Numbered from the stretch's first letter, positions 1-13,666 are shown. The stretch is DNA of 64,000 nt from Octopus sinensis (GCF_006345805.1 NC_043009.1:28396001-28460000), one strand, 5' to 3'. Notes: generated by a model from the letters alone, not told the origin. Program-made: numbers and translations.

Positions 1-347
1 CACACAAGCTGTCAAAAGCGATTGAAAGTGGCAACAGCCAGACTTGTTGTTTTGAGAAATGTTTCCACCAGCTGTTATTTGAAACTCTATTCCTTGATAG
101 TGAAATTACATAGGATACCTTTACAATCTGGTCAGGTCATATATTGCTGTAGTTTTTATTTTCTTTGTCCTCTTCTAAATTCAACAATATTCAAAGCTGA
201 CATTTGTTCGCATCTGTTCACATCTTTCTGAAGAACAATAACAAAAAAGACAAAAAACAAAGGGAAGCAAACAGAAAAAAAACGTCCACTAAACTTTATA
301 GTGCATTCAGGATGAGGGAAGTGTGTGCATGCGCATTATGACACACG

Positions 348-572
348 AGCTGGCAGAATTGTGAGCACGCTGGGCGAAATGCTTAGCAGTATTTCATCAA
401 CTGTTAGGTTCTGAGTTCAAATTCCGCTGAGCTCAACTTTGTCTTTCATCCTTTCGGGGTTGATTAAATAAGTACCAGTTACACACTGGGGGCCGATGTA
501 ATCAACTTAATCCCTTTGTCTGTCCTTGTTTGTCCCCTTTATGTTTAGCTCCCTGTGGGCAATAAAGAAATA
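348..572 (+). mobile_element. tRNA-derived SINE family A (central part resembles the Meta-domain of MetaSINEs)
   Basis: GAGCTGGCAGAA head, TTCTGAGTTCAAATTCC B-box-like motif, CTTTCATCCTTTCGGGG..TAAGTACCAG core. The same sequence recurs many times in the window. Confidence 0.8.
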
Positions 573-784
573 CTTATGACACACATGCATTCACATACAC
601 GTACAGATATGCACTGGCACTAAGTCCTATGTAAGTGATTAAACGAACACCATTATCATCATCCTCATGACATGTTCAGTCTCACTGTGCCACAAGTCAC
701 TTCTGTTATAGCCTTGGCCTGACCAAAGCCATGCCAATGGACAGGGTAGATGGAATTTGAAAAAAAAAAAGCCTCATGCATTTG

Positions 785-990
785 TACCACGTAGAAAGCA
801 CTCAGTCCACTTTGCTGGGGGTTGGTGTTAGGAAGGACATCCAGCTGTAAAAACCCTGCCAAAACAGACAGAAGTCTGGTGCAGGCTGGTTCCTGACAAA
901 TAGTCAAACCTATGCCAGCATGGAAGACGGATGTTAAACTATGGTTGCACGGAACACAGGCGTTAAATGGTGATGATGAGGGTGATGATG
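785..990 (+). mobile_element. 3' UTR remnant of an RTE-type LINE with (GAT)n tail
   Basis: TTAGGAAGGACATCCAGCTGTA..CATGGAAG..GTTAAA then (GAT)n. Same sequence lies downstream of the RTE ORF end at 60755-61620 (-). Confidence 0.65.
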
Positions 991-1007
991 ATATTGATTA
1001 TACATAC

Positions 1008-1041
<34 letters not shown>

Positions 1042-1043
<2 letters not shown>

Positions 1044-1240
1044 GGGAGAGTTTATGAAAAAAAACAAAAGATGAAGACAGGTGGTGTACAAAACAAACAG
1101 ATGTATTAGTATAACACTCAGGAATAGAAAAAGTCTTTTACGTTTCGAGCCTACACTCTTCTACAGAAAGGGACACAAAAAAACAAGGAGAGAAACAAGG
1201 AGAGAAAAATATGTGTGTAGTGGCTAACGATCTATCATGG
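1042..1240 (-). mobile_element. About 200-bp repeat (HHR family 2), probably a PLE terminal derivative
   Basis: Second copy with matching ends at 14449-14635 (+). Both start CCATGATAGAT(C/T)GTTAGCC and end AAA(C/T)TCTC(C/A)CTA next to a microsatellite. Contains an HHR-like fold. Confidence 0.65.
1133..1170 (-). ncRNA. Minimal type I hammerhead-like motif with atypical core CUGUAGA
   Basis: CUUU-CUGUAGA-A-GAGU(GUAG)GCUC-GAAAC-GUA-AAAG. Stem I CUUU/AAAG, 4-bp stem II, palindromic ACGU stem III. Confidence 0.55.
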
Positions 1241-2043
1241 CATGTGTGTGTGTGTGTGTGTGTGTAAATGTGTGTTTGCTTGTGTGAGGGCATAGAAAGA
1301 GAAAGAATAATAGTTTGGTGGAAAGATGAAAGAAAGGAAAATAAGAGGACAAAGAATATATAAAAACCAACAACATAGACAAAGAGATGGTATGATGTAA
1401 AACAAAATAAAACATAGCCATCGATATGCAAATACACAAACTCATGTAGTGATACAACAACAGCAATAATATAACTACCCCCTCACCCCCATTTGTAGTG
1501 TATATTTCTTGATGAATAATGTTGCCCTTGAGACCAATGTGTGAATCTATACTACGGAGACACAGGACTTGAGGACAATATATTGTTGTATATATATTAG
1601 TGACTATATATTATATATATCAATATATATGTGTGTGAGAGATGGTTGTGAAAGCATCTGAGGTGAGTTTTTTATGAAAACAATGAACTGATCTTGCATT
1701 GACATTTATTGTGACATTTAAAATGATTAATTATATTAATCATGCCACAATAAATCACCTGCTGTGTCTTAAAAATATGATCTCTCTTTCTCTCTCTTCT
1801 GCCATCTCTGCTTCTCCCTCTTTCTCTCTTTCTTTCTCTGTCCCTGAATCTCTAAATAATGTATTCATTGCTTCGAGCCTGTAACTCTTCATTCATTGAC
1901 TCTATTGTAAATTATTTGTTTGTCACCAGGATAGTGAGTTAAATCATCTCATGGACATATTTCCGGTGAATTATATTAATCTGGCTTATAATTAGTTATA
2001 AAACTAATTGAAAAGTTTGTTGAAATAACTAAAATTTTCATTA

Positions 2044-2500
2044 TTAACACTTTAGCATTCATACTGGCCACAACAGGCTCAAATAAATTTCTTTACTACC
2101 CACAAGGGGCTAAACACAGAGAGGACAAACAAGGACAGACAAACGGATTAAGTCGATTATATCGACCCCAGTGCATAACTGGTACTTATTTAATCGACAT
2201 CGAAAGGATGAAAGGCAAAGTCGACCTCGGCGGAATTTGAACTCAGAATGTAGCGGCAGACGAAATACTGCTAAGCATTTCGGCCGGCATGCTTATGATT
2301 CTGCCAGCTCGCCAAATAGTCTACCGGTTTTATGCTCAGACCAGCTGGATCTGTCCTCTCACACCTATCCAACAGTGCCATTCTAAGAAAACAATCACAT
2401 AGCTGAAACTTTAAAGCTGTGAGACAATCCATCATTAATTCCAAACAGTGTGAATAAATAAATGTTACAGTTGATGGATTAATCTGAAGGCTAACGGTTT
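2044..2500. mobile_element. piggyBac-like MITE remnant interrupted by a family A SINE (2086-2313, -)
   Basis: TTAA|CACTTTAGCATT at 2044 matches the reverse complement of the intact end AATGCTAAAGGG|TTAA at 45582-45597 with one mismatch. Internal sequence resembles 45440-45580. Confidence 0.45.
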
Positions 2501-2644
2501 AAAGGAATGTTTGGAACTCAGATCCACTCACAAGGTTTTGGTCAGCCTGAGGCTGTAGTATAAGACATTTGTCCAAGGTGCTACACTGTAGGACTGAACT
2601 TCAAACCATGTGGTTGGGAAACAAGCTTCTTACCACATCATCAC

Positions 2645-2925
2645 ATCACTGTTCGACCACGGTCGAGACAACGGAACCCACCACGCCACGCCAGACCTCA
2701 CAGCCCACCATGGCACCACGGAGGTCCTGCTGCTGGATGCCCGCATCCCTGGAGACCACATCAGGGTAGGAGAGTGTGCACCCGCTGGCACCGCGAGCGG
2801 ATGGCCTCCAGAGGAGAAGAGCAGAAACCACCTCTCCCCCAGCTCCACAACAACGTCCAGCAAACTGGACTCTCCCACACTTCGTATTACACAGCCATGC
2901 CTGGCAAGCTTTTCAAGACACTGCT
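2645..2925 (+). mobile_element. Decayed LINE ORF2 fragment (end of APE endonuclease plus linker)
   Basis: GC-rich island. NGTHHATPDLT...DARIPGDHIRV resembles the APE C-terminal PDLT...SDH motif; a shifted frame gives PANWTL, like the KANW linker. Similarity recalled, not searched. Confidence 0.4.
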
Positions 2926-2970
2926 ACTCTGCATTACTATTTTGATATAAATATGTGCATGTGTGTGTGT

Positions 2971-3020
<50 letters not shown>

Positions 3021-3223
3021 TTGTGCTTGTGTCTGTGTTTGTCCTCTGCCAGTGCTCAAAATCTGGTGTATGTTTGTTGACATCCCCATAACTTAGTGGT
3101 TTGACAAAAGAGACCAACAAAATAAGTACAAGGCTTAAATAAAGCATCAAGGTGGTACCCCAGCATGGCCACATTCTAAATATTGAAAATATTGAAAATA
3201 GAAAATAAAAGATCAAAAAGATA

Positions 3224-3224
<1 letters not shown>

Positions 3225-3264
<40 letters not shown>

Positions 3265-3341
3265 GTTACTACTGCTGCTACTGCTGCTGCTGCTGCTGCT
3301 ACTACTACTATTATTATTGTTATTATTATTACTACTACTAC

Positions 3342-3415
<74 letters not shown>

Positions 3416-3420
3416 TATCG
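3225..3420. repeat. Compound trinucleotide microsatellite (CTA)n-(CTG)n-(TTA)n-(CAT)n
   Basis: Directly visible; explains the poly-T/Y/C/H/I ORF 3183-3458. Confidence 0.95.
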
Positions 3421-3833
3421 ATTCATTTGATTGGATCTATTATTTCTTTAAAACTTAGGCTTTTTTGTTAAAAGGAAACAATATAAAATTCCAATTCCTT
3501 TTTGTTGTACCTGCCGTATATTACGCTTCCTTTTTCCTGTATAAATATATGGCGCCATGTATTACCAAAGGAAAATAATATTCAAGAACTTCAGTTTAAA
3601 ATTTCCAGATTTTTAATATTCTCTTTGAGGATTTCCAAGAGCTTTTTTTCCTTATTAATCCCAACGTGAGATTATATAACACCAGAGAAGTTTCTTGAAA
3701 TAAAAAAAAAGGAAAATATTACAAGAAAAATATGAAAAATAAAAGGAAAAGGGTAGGTAGGAATTTTATATATAGCTAACAGCTTCCTTGGTTTCATATA
3801 TGGGTATGCACACACACATATGCATATATATAT

Positions 3834-3878
<45 letters not shown>

Positions 3879-4032
3879 GATATATATATTTTATATATAT
3901 ATATATATATGTATGAATATATATGTATGTATATATATATATATATATACATACATATATTTTATATATATATATGAATATATATATACGTTATGTATTA
4001 TATAGTATATATGGTCATATATATATATATAC

Positions 4033-4104
<72 letters not shown>

Positions 4105-5439
4105 CTAAATAGCTAATAACATTCCCTCTTGAATAAATAGTGAGTTTTCTCATTTTTTGCGGTTAAATCTTAACTCGCACTCACACTATTTCTCTCTCAA
4201 TTTCACTTTTGTCTTTCTTTCTTATCTCTCTCTTTTTCTCACTTCACCTCTGTTCCCCCTCTTCTTTCTTCTCTCTCTCTACCTCTCAGGTTTTGAAGAT
4301 GAAATTATAAATTTGCTAATGTAAATATTGTGAATTAAATTTACTCTATACAGAAAGATTTCTTTTGTTTCGTATCCAATGAAGGAATCGCAAGATTGCT
4401 CGAAAATTAAAAACTGAAATGCCATATAATGTGTATATATATATATGTGTGTGTGTGTGTATGTGTGTATGTGTGTGTATATATATATATTTATGTATGG
4501 ATGTATGGATGTATGTATGTATATACATACATATATATACATGCCATATACATACATATATATTCATGCCATATATATATATATATATACATACATAAAT
4601 ACACATACATGCTTATATATATATATATATATAACAAATAAACAGTGTATTGGGTAAAAAAAAGACAAAACTGAAGAAATTTTTCTATCAACATTGACAA
4701 TTTTTTATTATTTTTTTATTATCTGTTGCCTTTTTGTTTTTTAAAATTATTTTATTATTTTTCTCTTGATTACACAGTTCTGGAATACCATTTCTGGAGA
4801 ATGAAGGAATAACATTAATCTAATAATATAAGCTATATAAGTTATTTTAAAGAATCAATGATTGCAGAGTTTATCAGATTACAAATGAAGAAAATGGAAC
4901 AAGAATCATCTTCATCTTATTATATCAATAACGTTTGGGAAGAATTAAGAATAGTGAGATATTTATTTGTTTAATCTACAAGTTTCTAAGAAGTCTAAAA
5001 GAATAGATCTGCTACCCAAAGTCTCGAGTGATTCCTTTCCAAATCAGTAGTCTTTGAGATGTATTGCAATGATACTTTGACATATTGTGTTGAATGGAGT
5101 AGGATATTGGATATTTTGGTTAATTTCTAAGGATTAGGTTTTTTTAGGGAATTCCTTGTATTTAAATATTACATTAATTCTAGCCAAAGTCCTTCATTGT
5201 TAAACGTGTGTGTGTATGTGTGTGTAAAAATGAAATTGAAAAACAAAGAGTATTTTTGCGGCAGTGACACACACACACACAAATACATACATGCATGTAT
5301 ATATTATATATATATAGATATATATGGTGTAATATATAAATGTATATATTTGTATATACATATTTACACACACACACATATATATATACATATATATATG
5401 CATACACATATATTTGTATAAATATAGGTAGACATATAG

Positions 5440-5720
<281 letters not shown>

Positions 5721-6180
5721 CAAAAGTTGCAGCTAATAAGAGGCTGATCTTCATTGCTTTCAAATCTCAATAGATAACAGGATTTCAAAAGCTACACTAT
5801 TCGGGCTCAGACAATTATTTTCCAATGTGGTCATGAAAATTGCAAATTCATAAGATTATTGAGGCATTTTGACTTTGTCTTCATATAATTTCTTCAGGAT
5901 AAGTCAACCCAAGGGGACACAGTCCTTATCTAAACCAAATTAATAGGAGAGATTCAGACTGTTGGACAGGGACACTAAACCTGATTTTGTCTCTTAGCTT
6001 GTTGTCCACCATCCACACTTTATTGCTACAACAATATCCACTCTTTAACCCATACACACCCATAAAATAATGAAGTCTTGAAATTTCACTGTATTTAGAT
6101 TAAACATTATGGTAAGCTTTCACGATCTGGAAGAGAAGGACAGTATGCAACTGTTAGCTACGAGTGTCAACTACCTACGG

Positions 6181-6352
6181 AACATTATTTACATTATTTA
6201 TATTTAATAGATATTTGTCCTCATCTTGTTTGTTGCTAACACAAGCCCTAAAATTCACTCCATAATTGCCCATAGGCACATGGCATAAAGGTGTAGTGGT
6301 TAAGAGCTTGGGCTACTAACCCCAAGATTCCAAGTTCGATTCCAAGCAGTGA

Positions 6353-6403
<51 letters not shown>

Positions 6404-6684
6404 TGATGATGATGATGATTATGAGGATGATGAAGATGATGACGATGATGACGATGATGATGACGATGACGACGATGACGACGACGACGACGACGATGAT
6501 GATGATGATGATGATGATGATGATAACATCGAAAAATACTTTGGGAATGAGAACATAGGTTCGAAATTACCCCAAGACACCTGATGAAGGCTGGAGAATA
6601 TATCAGCCGAAACGTTGTGCTAACAAGATCAGGACAAATATCTGTCAAATGTAAATAATTCCTCATCTCTTAAATATACAATTG
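6181..6684 (+). mobile_element. tRNA-headed HHR-SINE (family 1), preceded by an inverted copy of its own 3' tail
   Basis: A-box GGTGTAGTGG, anticodon-like arm GGG-CTACTAA-CCC, B-box AGTTCGATTCC, expanded (TAA)/(GAT) tract, HHR at 6576-6621. 6181-6244 is the reverse complement of the tail. Confidence 0.8.
6576..6621 (+). ncRNA. Minimal type I hammerhead ribozyme motif (family 1, intact core)
   Basis: GACAC-CUGAUGA-A-GGCUG(GAGAAUAUAU)CAGCC-GAAAC-GUU-GUGCU. Family consensus stem I is GACAC/GUGUU; palindromic ACGU stem III. Confidence 0.7.
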
Positions 6685-7861
6685 TATTGCCTGTGGAACA
6701 TTTCGTATGCTCAGTCAGATGCTTTCCAATGAGTTTGTGTCCAAACAAGTAAGAGCAGGCTTTGTGTTGTGCAAACACAACCAGGGGTATATATGGGTCG
6801 AGGTCACATGGCCCAGTGATTGGGCTGTTGTACTCACAATCATGAAATTGGGGTCTCAGTTCCAAAACCAAATGGTGTGTTTTGTTCATGAACAAAACAC
6901 TTCATCTCATGTTGCTTGGTGATCACTTCGATACCTGATATGTGGGACACACCATGCACCTGTTCAGGTAACATCGATTTGATGAAGGGAGTGAGCTGAC
7001 ATACAGCATGAACAAATCACTATAAGCAAATCATTTGTGCTGGTTCTCAGTAAGAAACTGAAGAACTGTCTTTTTTGGACTTGGAGAGACTAACATCATA
7101 CTTTCACCACATAAAATGTCAGGCAGAATAAAAAAAAAACTCCACGATAATGGAGATTTCGAGTGATTTGTGAATATATTTATATAAATATAAACCAAAC
7201 CAAACAATATTTTATCTATTGTGGAACATATTTAGTCATTGTGTAGCATTAGTAATCGCACTGCGTTAAAGTACAGATTTCAGCCGACAAGTAAACCTAG
7301 CATGACATAAAAAGCGATGGCGAAAAAATATTGAACTTATAAAACGATACAAAACTTTCTTTGATTTCTCTTCATCATGTTGATGCTGTAGGTTTTACTT
7401 GCAAGCTGGTGGTGGGCAGGAGGTCAAGTTATATCTTTATGTATTTAAAAAAAAATATCTAATTATATATTTATTTATTCATACATATGATATCCAATAT
7501 TGATGTTAATTATTTGTAAGCACATCACTAGCCAGCAACCATCTTAAGTTCCTTCGTTTTGCTCAAGAAAGCTATTGTTACAGCTGTTATCAATGTTATG
7601 TATGTGTTCTTTTGCCTCACTGCAATCAAAGTGTACTTATCTCATCCTTCCCATGCATTTCTGCATACATAAATATTGACTTTCAATTGTGTTGCATGAT
7701 GCAGTGTAATATACCTAACTCTCAGTAACATAAAAATACACACTCACTTGTATACATACATATATACATATATAAAAATACATATATATATATTTAAGTA
7801 TACTTATATGTATACATATAGTTTGGAAGTATGTACATCCATATCCATATACTTATATTTA

Positions 7862-7907
<46 letters not shown>

Positions 7908-8911
7908 TAGATAGATATATATACATATACATATATAATGCGTGTGTGCAGGTGTGTGAATGTAGATATACATGCATATGTATATGGGTATGTATATAGA
8001 TATGTGAGTGTATAATCTAAATGAAACTATGCTTGGTGAAGAAGAGAATATAATAGAGCATCTCCTTTATCCATGTATGAATGAATATTTATGTGTGTAT
8101 GTGTGTATGTATAAGTGCGTGCATATATATTTATATGTCTGTGTGAATGTGAATATATATGTATATATATGTATATATATATACTTGTGTGTTTAAATGT
8201 ATGTGCATGCATGATGATAGTTTGTACAAACACTTGTGTGTGTTTATATATATGTATATATATATATATGGTGATTGTGTATGTGTATATAAATATATAT
8301 ACACATGCATATATATGTGCACTCATGCACACACAAATACATACTCATGTACATTCACACAAATATTTACTCTGTGGCACACATTTATACATACATATGC
8401 ATTCATATATATATATATATATATATATATGTGTATATACATATATATACATATATATATTTATATGTATACACATACACACACGCATATATATGTATGT
8501 ATTCAATATTTATATACATATATACATACATATATTTGCATAAGTAGCATATATTCATATTTATATGAATATTATATATATGTAGTATATATACAAATAT
8601 ATATATATATACTATATATGTGTGTATATATACGTATATGTATATATATAAATGCGATAAACAAATATACAGAATAAATAGATTAAATGCTTTTATGCTT
8701 CAGCAAGTGCCTGAGAACTAAATGTTTTAAAAATAAGCCAAAACACTTGCGTCTTTGACTGAAATTGCGGGAAAGAAAATGAGAAATAATTGCTTATCTT
8801 CAACTATATTGCTTCACAAGATTGAAATGCTTGTAAGAACAATTTGGAAAACGGTAAAATAAAAGAAAAACAAACAACAACAAAAAAATAACACCAAAGC
8901 ATATATATGTA

Positions 8912-8944
<33 letters not shown>

Positions 8945-9252
8945 GGATAAGAAAATAACATCCTCAATAGCACTGACAGCAGCAGCAATAGCACCACCAC
9001 CACCATCACCGCCACCACCACCACCCCACCACCACCACCACCACCACCATCATCACCATCATACCACCATCATACCACCATCACTGTCATCGCCATCACG
9101 ATGACTACCCTCATCCCTACCACCACCCCTACCATCCCACTGTTCTCAACAGCACCACCACCAACAACAACAACAAACCTCCACCACAACTATCATTACA
9201 ACTACTTCTCTATACCATAGTGCCACCTATACAAACATTATTATTACCTCAT

Positions 9253-9285
<33 letters not shown>

Positions 9286-10245
9286 ACCACCACTACCACT
9301 GCTCCACCCTCCTCTAAGTAAAAGCACCAGCTGCACTCAAAACACATCATTAACAATTTAAAACCAAGAAGGATGCTCCTATTTGGTAGCTTGATCAACA
9401 TGAAATAGCAGCCAAATCTCCCTGCTGGCTTTGGAAGAAAGAATGTATTAAATAATGTGATCATAGGTCGTGAATAGATTGTATTTGGTTGCCTGTGTAT
9501 GCGTTGAGAACTGGCCTAGGGTTAAATGATAAAATGAAATATAAGGAAAGCTGTAACGATGATGAGGACACACCATGACAATAATGCAGAACAAAGCAAT
9601 CATTACCATCACCACCACCACCACCACCACCACCATCATCATCATCACCGCCACCATCAACATCACTACCACCACCATCACCTCCACCACCGCCACACTC
9701 ACCACCACTGCCACACTCACCACCACCACCACCAGAACCGCCACCAACATCACTACCACTACTACTGTCACCAACAGCGGCAGCAACACCACCGCAACCA
9801 CCTTGGCCACCCCCTCCCGCTTCTACCATACCGACCACTGCCAGTATGATGATGACCACCACCACCATGAGACCCTCCTCCCCTACTGAATACAACTACA
9901 ATCATAGCTACAACAGCAACAACTACCACACCCACCACCACCACCACATTCACCTCTACCACCACTACCATCAACAACAAAAACCACAACTGTAGCCTCT
10001 ACAACATTGTTAACAAGTTCGTTAAAAACCAATCATGTTGTTCCCTTCAAGTATTCTTTAAATCTCTTATTCTAAACATTCCTTCATTCTTTTATTCCTT
10101 TACTTCATTATTTTCAACTTTCTGAAGTGATTTTCTTTTCACATCTTCTGATGGAGAAACAAAACTCATAAATTGATGCTGATTCTTTGTTTCTTGATGA
10201 ATCAACCATTCTTTCTGGCTCCATGTCTGTCGATCTGTCTCTGAC

Positions 10246-10278
<33 letters not shown>

Positions 10279-10368
10279 CCCTCTCTCTCTCTCTCATACA
10301 CACACAGTCTGTCTATCAGTTTTTCTATAGGAATCTATCCATCTCTTACTCTTTATTGGATTAGCATT

Positions 10369-10407
<39 letters not shown>

Positions 10408-11059
10408 TATGGATGAATGTAAAATGTACAATATATATACTATGTATATGTGTGTGTATGTGTATGAATGTGTGTGTAATATGTGTGTGTATAATTCTAT
10501 GGGTTTATTTGTAAATGTACATGACTATCATCATCATCATTTAATGTGCATCTTCCACAGTGGCATTAAACGAGATGATGATGATATATATATATATTTA
10601 TATATATGTATATATATATATCTACATGTATATATATATTCACATATATATTTATACGTATATATATATATATATATATATATAAATATAAATATAACAT
10701 ATATATAAATATATATATATTTGAATATATATATATATTTATATATATATAAGTATATACATATATACATATATGTATATACATATATGCACACACACAC
10801 ATATATATGTCTGTGTATATATATTTATATATATGCATATATACACACATATATATATGTTTATATTAATATTAATATATATATATATGTAAATATATAT
10901 ATATGTATGTATACAGTTATACATATATATATATATACATATATAGATATGCACACATATATGTACATATGTCTATGCATACATGCATACATACATCTAT
11001 ACATGAATGCATATACATGTGTATGTGTATATATATATACATACATATATATATATTTG

Positions 11060-11090
<31 letters not shown>

Positions 11091-11165
11091 GCACACACAC
11101 ATATATACACATATATATATATACACTTATATACACTCACACATACACTGTATGTATGTATATAA

Positions 11166-11321
11166 TTAAGTCAACTGGAATTAGAGTCCACCCTTATCCC
11201 TGGATTTCACAAGACTCCAAATTTATACTTTGATTGTTCGGCTGGCAAGCTCCACTGAGGCATAAATTTTAGATGGTGTGAAACCCAGGGTATAGAGAAA
11301 CTTTGATTCCAACTGACTTAA
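11166..11321. mobile_element. 148-bp MITE with about 41-bp imperfect TIRs, flanked by TTAA
   Basis: TTAA at 11166-69 and 11318-21. GTCAACTGGAATTAGAGT vs reverse complement of 11300-17 matches 14/18; CCCTGGATTTCACA vs reverse complement of TGTGAAACCCAGGG matches 13/14. Confidence 0.65.
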
Positions 11322-11468
11322 TAAATTATACACCCTGCGTCATCTATTGCACACTTTCTTCCATCCGTAACCACCAACATGTCTATATGTGTTTATATAT
11401 ATACACACACATAAATATATGCACGCACTCACATATATGTGTGTGTTGATATATGTGTTTGTGTATAT

Positions 11469-11512
<44 letters not shown>

Positions 11513-11557
11513 CTGTATGTGTGTGTATATTTATGTAATATATATATATTTATATAC

Positions 11558-11596
<39 letters not shown>

Positions 11597-11709
11597 TATA
11601 TACAAATGTATATATGTATATGTATATATATTTATATCTGTATGTGTGTGTGTGCATATATGTATGTATATGTGTGTGTGTGTGCCTGTATGTGTATATG
11701 TATTTATGT

Positions 11710-11804
11710 GTGACTAAAATGCTGTCATCCATGAACAATAGTTCTCTTTCTTGGATCTTGGTGCTTCTTGTTTTTGCTCTAAAATGGATAATATTAAGGA
11801 GTTC
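11710..11804 (-). mobile_element. RTE-clade LINE reverse transcriptase fragment
   Basis: Translates [32 protein letters not shown], resembling the RTE LFN.RRL.AKTK...ELLFADD.ALV catalytic segment. Confidence 0.7.
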
Positions 11805-12486
11805 TTCAGTTTGGCAAAACTGGGAGAATTATTACCTCACTTGGAAACAAGGGGTGGGGGAACTGTTGAAAGGGAAAGCATCAGTTTGAGGAAAATTCTG
11901 CTGCAATCATCTCCCATCTGACTCATGCCAGCATGGAAACATAGATGTTAAAATGGTGACAATGATGATGTTTATGATAATCACACACACATGTATATAC
12001 TGACAGAGAGAGGGAGAGAAGGAAAGAACTGAAGGAAGAGACAGAGAGAGGATAAAGAGAGGCAGACAGGTGAACCAAAAGATAGGTAACACCTTTGTAA
12101 CTGATCTACAACAAACATTATATTATACTACAGAGATAAGTACAAGTTTTGAACATACAAACCATTGCTAGCAATTCATCTACATTATAAATCAGAAAAG
12201 ACTAACACCTGTGCATTGATATTTTGTGTGGCTCATGGTGGCCTCACCTGAATGAAACAATTTCACAATTTAGTGAAGTTAAACACGAAATACTTGCAAA
12301 AGTAACACTGGGCCACAAGGTATACAGACAGTGGAGAAAATGGAAAACTTGAGTGAACAATAAAATCATTGCCCCAGAATGGCTTTATTTGTGACAGTTA
12401 TGGCAAATTAGAGAAATACAGAACATAATATACACAGCAAGAAATTAATTAGCCTGTTTGTATCATATCTGCAGTGTATATATATT

Positions 12487-12880
12487 ATTTTCTTCTCTAG
12501 GCGCAAGGCCCGAAACTTTTGGGGAGGGAGCCAGTCGATTAGATTGACCCCAGTACACAACTGGTACTTAATTTATCCACCCCAAAAGGATGAAAGACAA
12601 AGTTGACCTTGGCGGAATTTGAACTCAGAACATAACGGCAGATGAAATACCTATTTCTTTACTACCCACAAGGGGCTAAACACAAAAGGGACAAACAAGG
12701 ACAGACAAACGGATTAAGTCGATTATATCGACCCCAGTGCGTAACTGGTACTTATTTAATCGACCCCGAAAGGATTAAAGGCAAAGTCAACCTTGGCCGA
12801 ATTTGAACTCAGAACGTAGCAGCAAATGAAATACCACTAAGCATTTCACCCGGCGTGCTAACGATTCTGCCAGCTCACCA
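12487..12880 (-). mobile_element. Family A SINE, two tandem units
   Basis: Two successive GACCCCAGT..GGATGAAAG..GAATTTGAACTCAGAAC units. Further copies at about 15941-16152(+), 17660-17830(+), 24413-24632(+), 25090-25555(-), 29905-30140(-), 30525-30955(-), 37783-38010(-), 44716-44870(+). Confidence 0.8.
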
Positions 12881-13320
12881 CCTTAGCAACAATAATAATA
12901 ATGATAATAATAATAATCATAATAATAATGAAAATAATAATAATAACAATTGTAATGATAATAATAATAATTTATTTTCTTTTGTATTTGTAGTGTCATC
13001 ATTATGCTTTATGCATATGACACGTGATGACAATGACGCTGATGGACAAATAAATATTAAAAGAAAAATGAAAGAAAACAAGGTGTGGTCAAGATAGACC
13101 CATGGATCAGTGTGGTGACAATTATGAAAATAATAAAAAAATATTCATGATAGCTTCCAATATTGCTAATGCATTTATTGTTTTTGATTCATTACTGGTA
13201 GGTGTTTGGTAATTATCATAACGACCCTGAATGAGATTAAAGGCAAAGATGTGCTTCATTGGATTTGAATACAAAACTGGGAAAAATGAAACTTAAGTCT
13301 AATGTATATGTGTGCATGTA

Positions 13321-13357
<37 letters not shown>

Positions 13358-13456
13358 ATGTACACATATATTTTTATATGTATATATATATGTGTGTGTG
13401 TATGTGTGTGTATATATATGTATGTGCACATATATATTTATATGTATATATATATA

Positions 13457-13488
<32 letters not shown>

Positions 13489-13666
13489 CATATATACATA
13501 TATATATATATTTATATATGTATGTGTATATATATATATATACAATATATATATACACATATATACATGTATGTATATATACATATACATATATATATGT
13601 GCATGCGTGTGATGTGTGTGTGTATAGATATATATATACACACACACACACACATGCATATGACTG

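Noticed and set aside
6282-6355. Functional tRNA gene (anticodon-like ACT) at family 1 heads
   Set aside because: Acceptor stem does not pair, copies are diverged and always fused to the same body; these are SINE heads.
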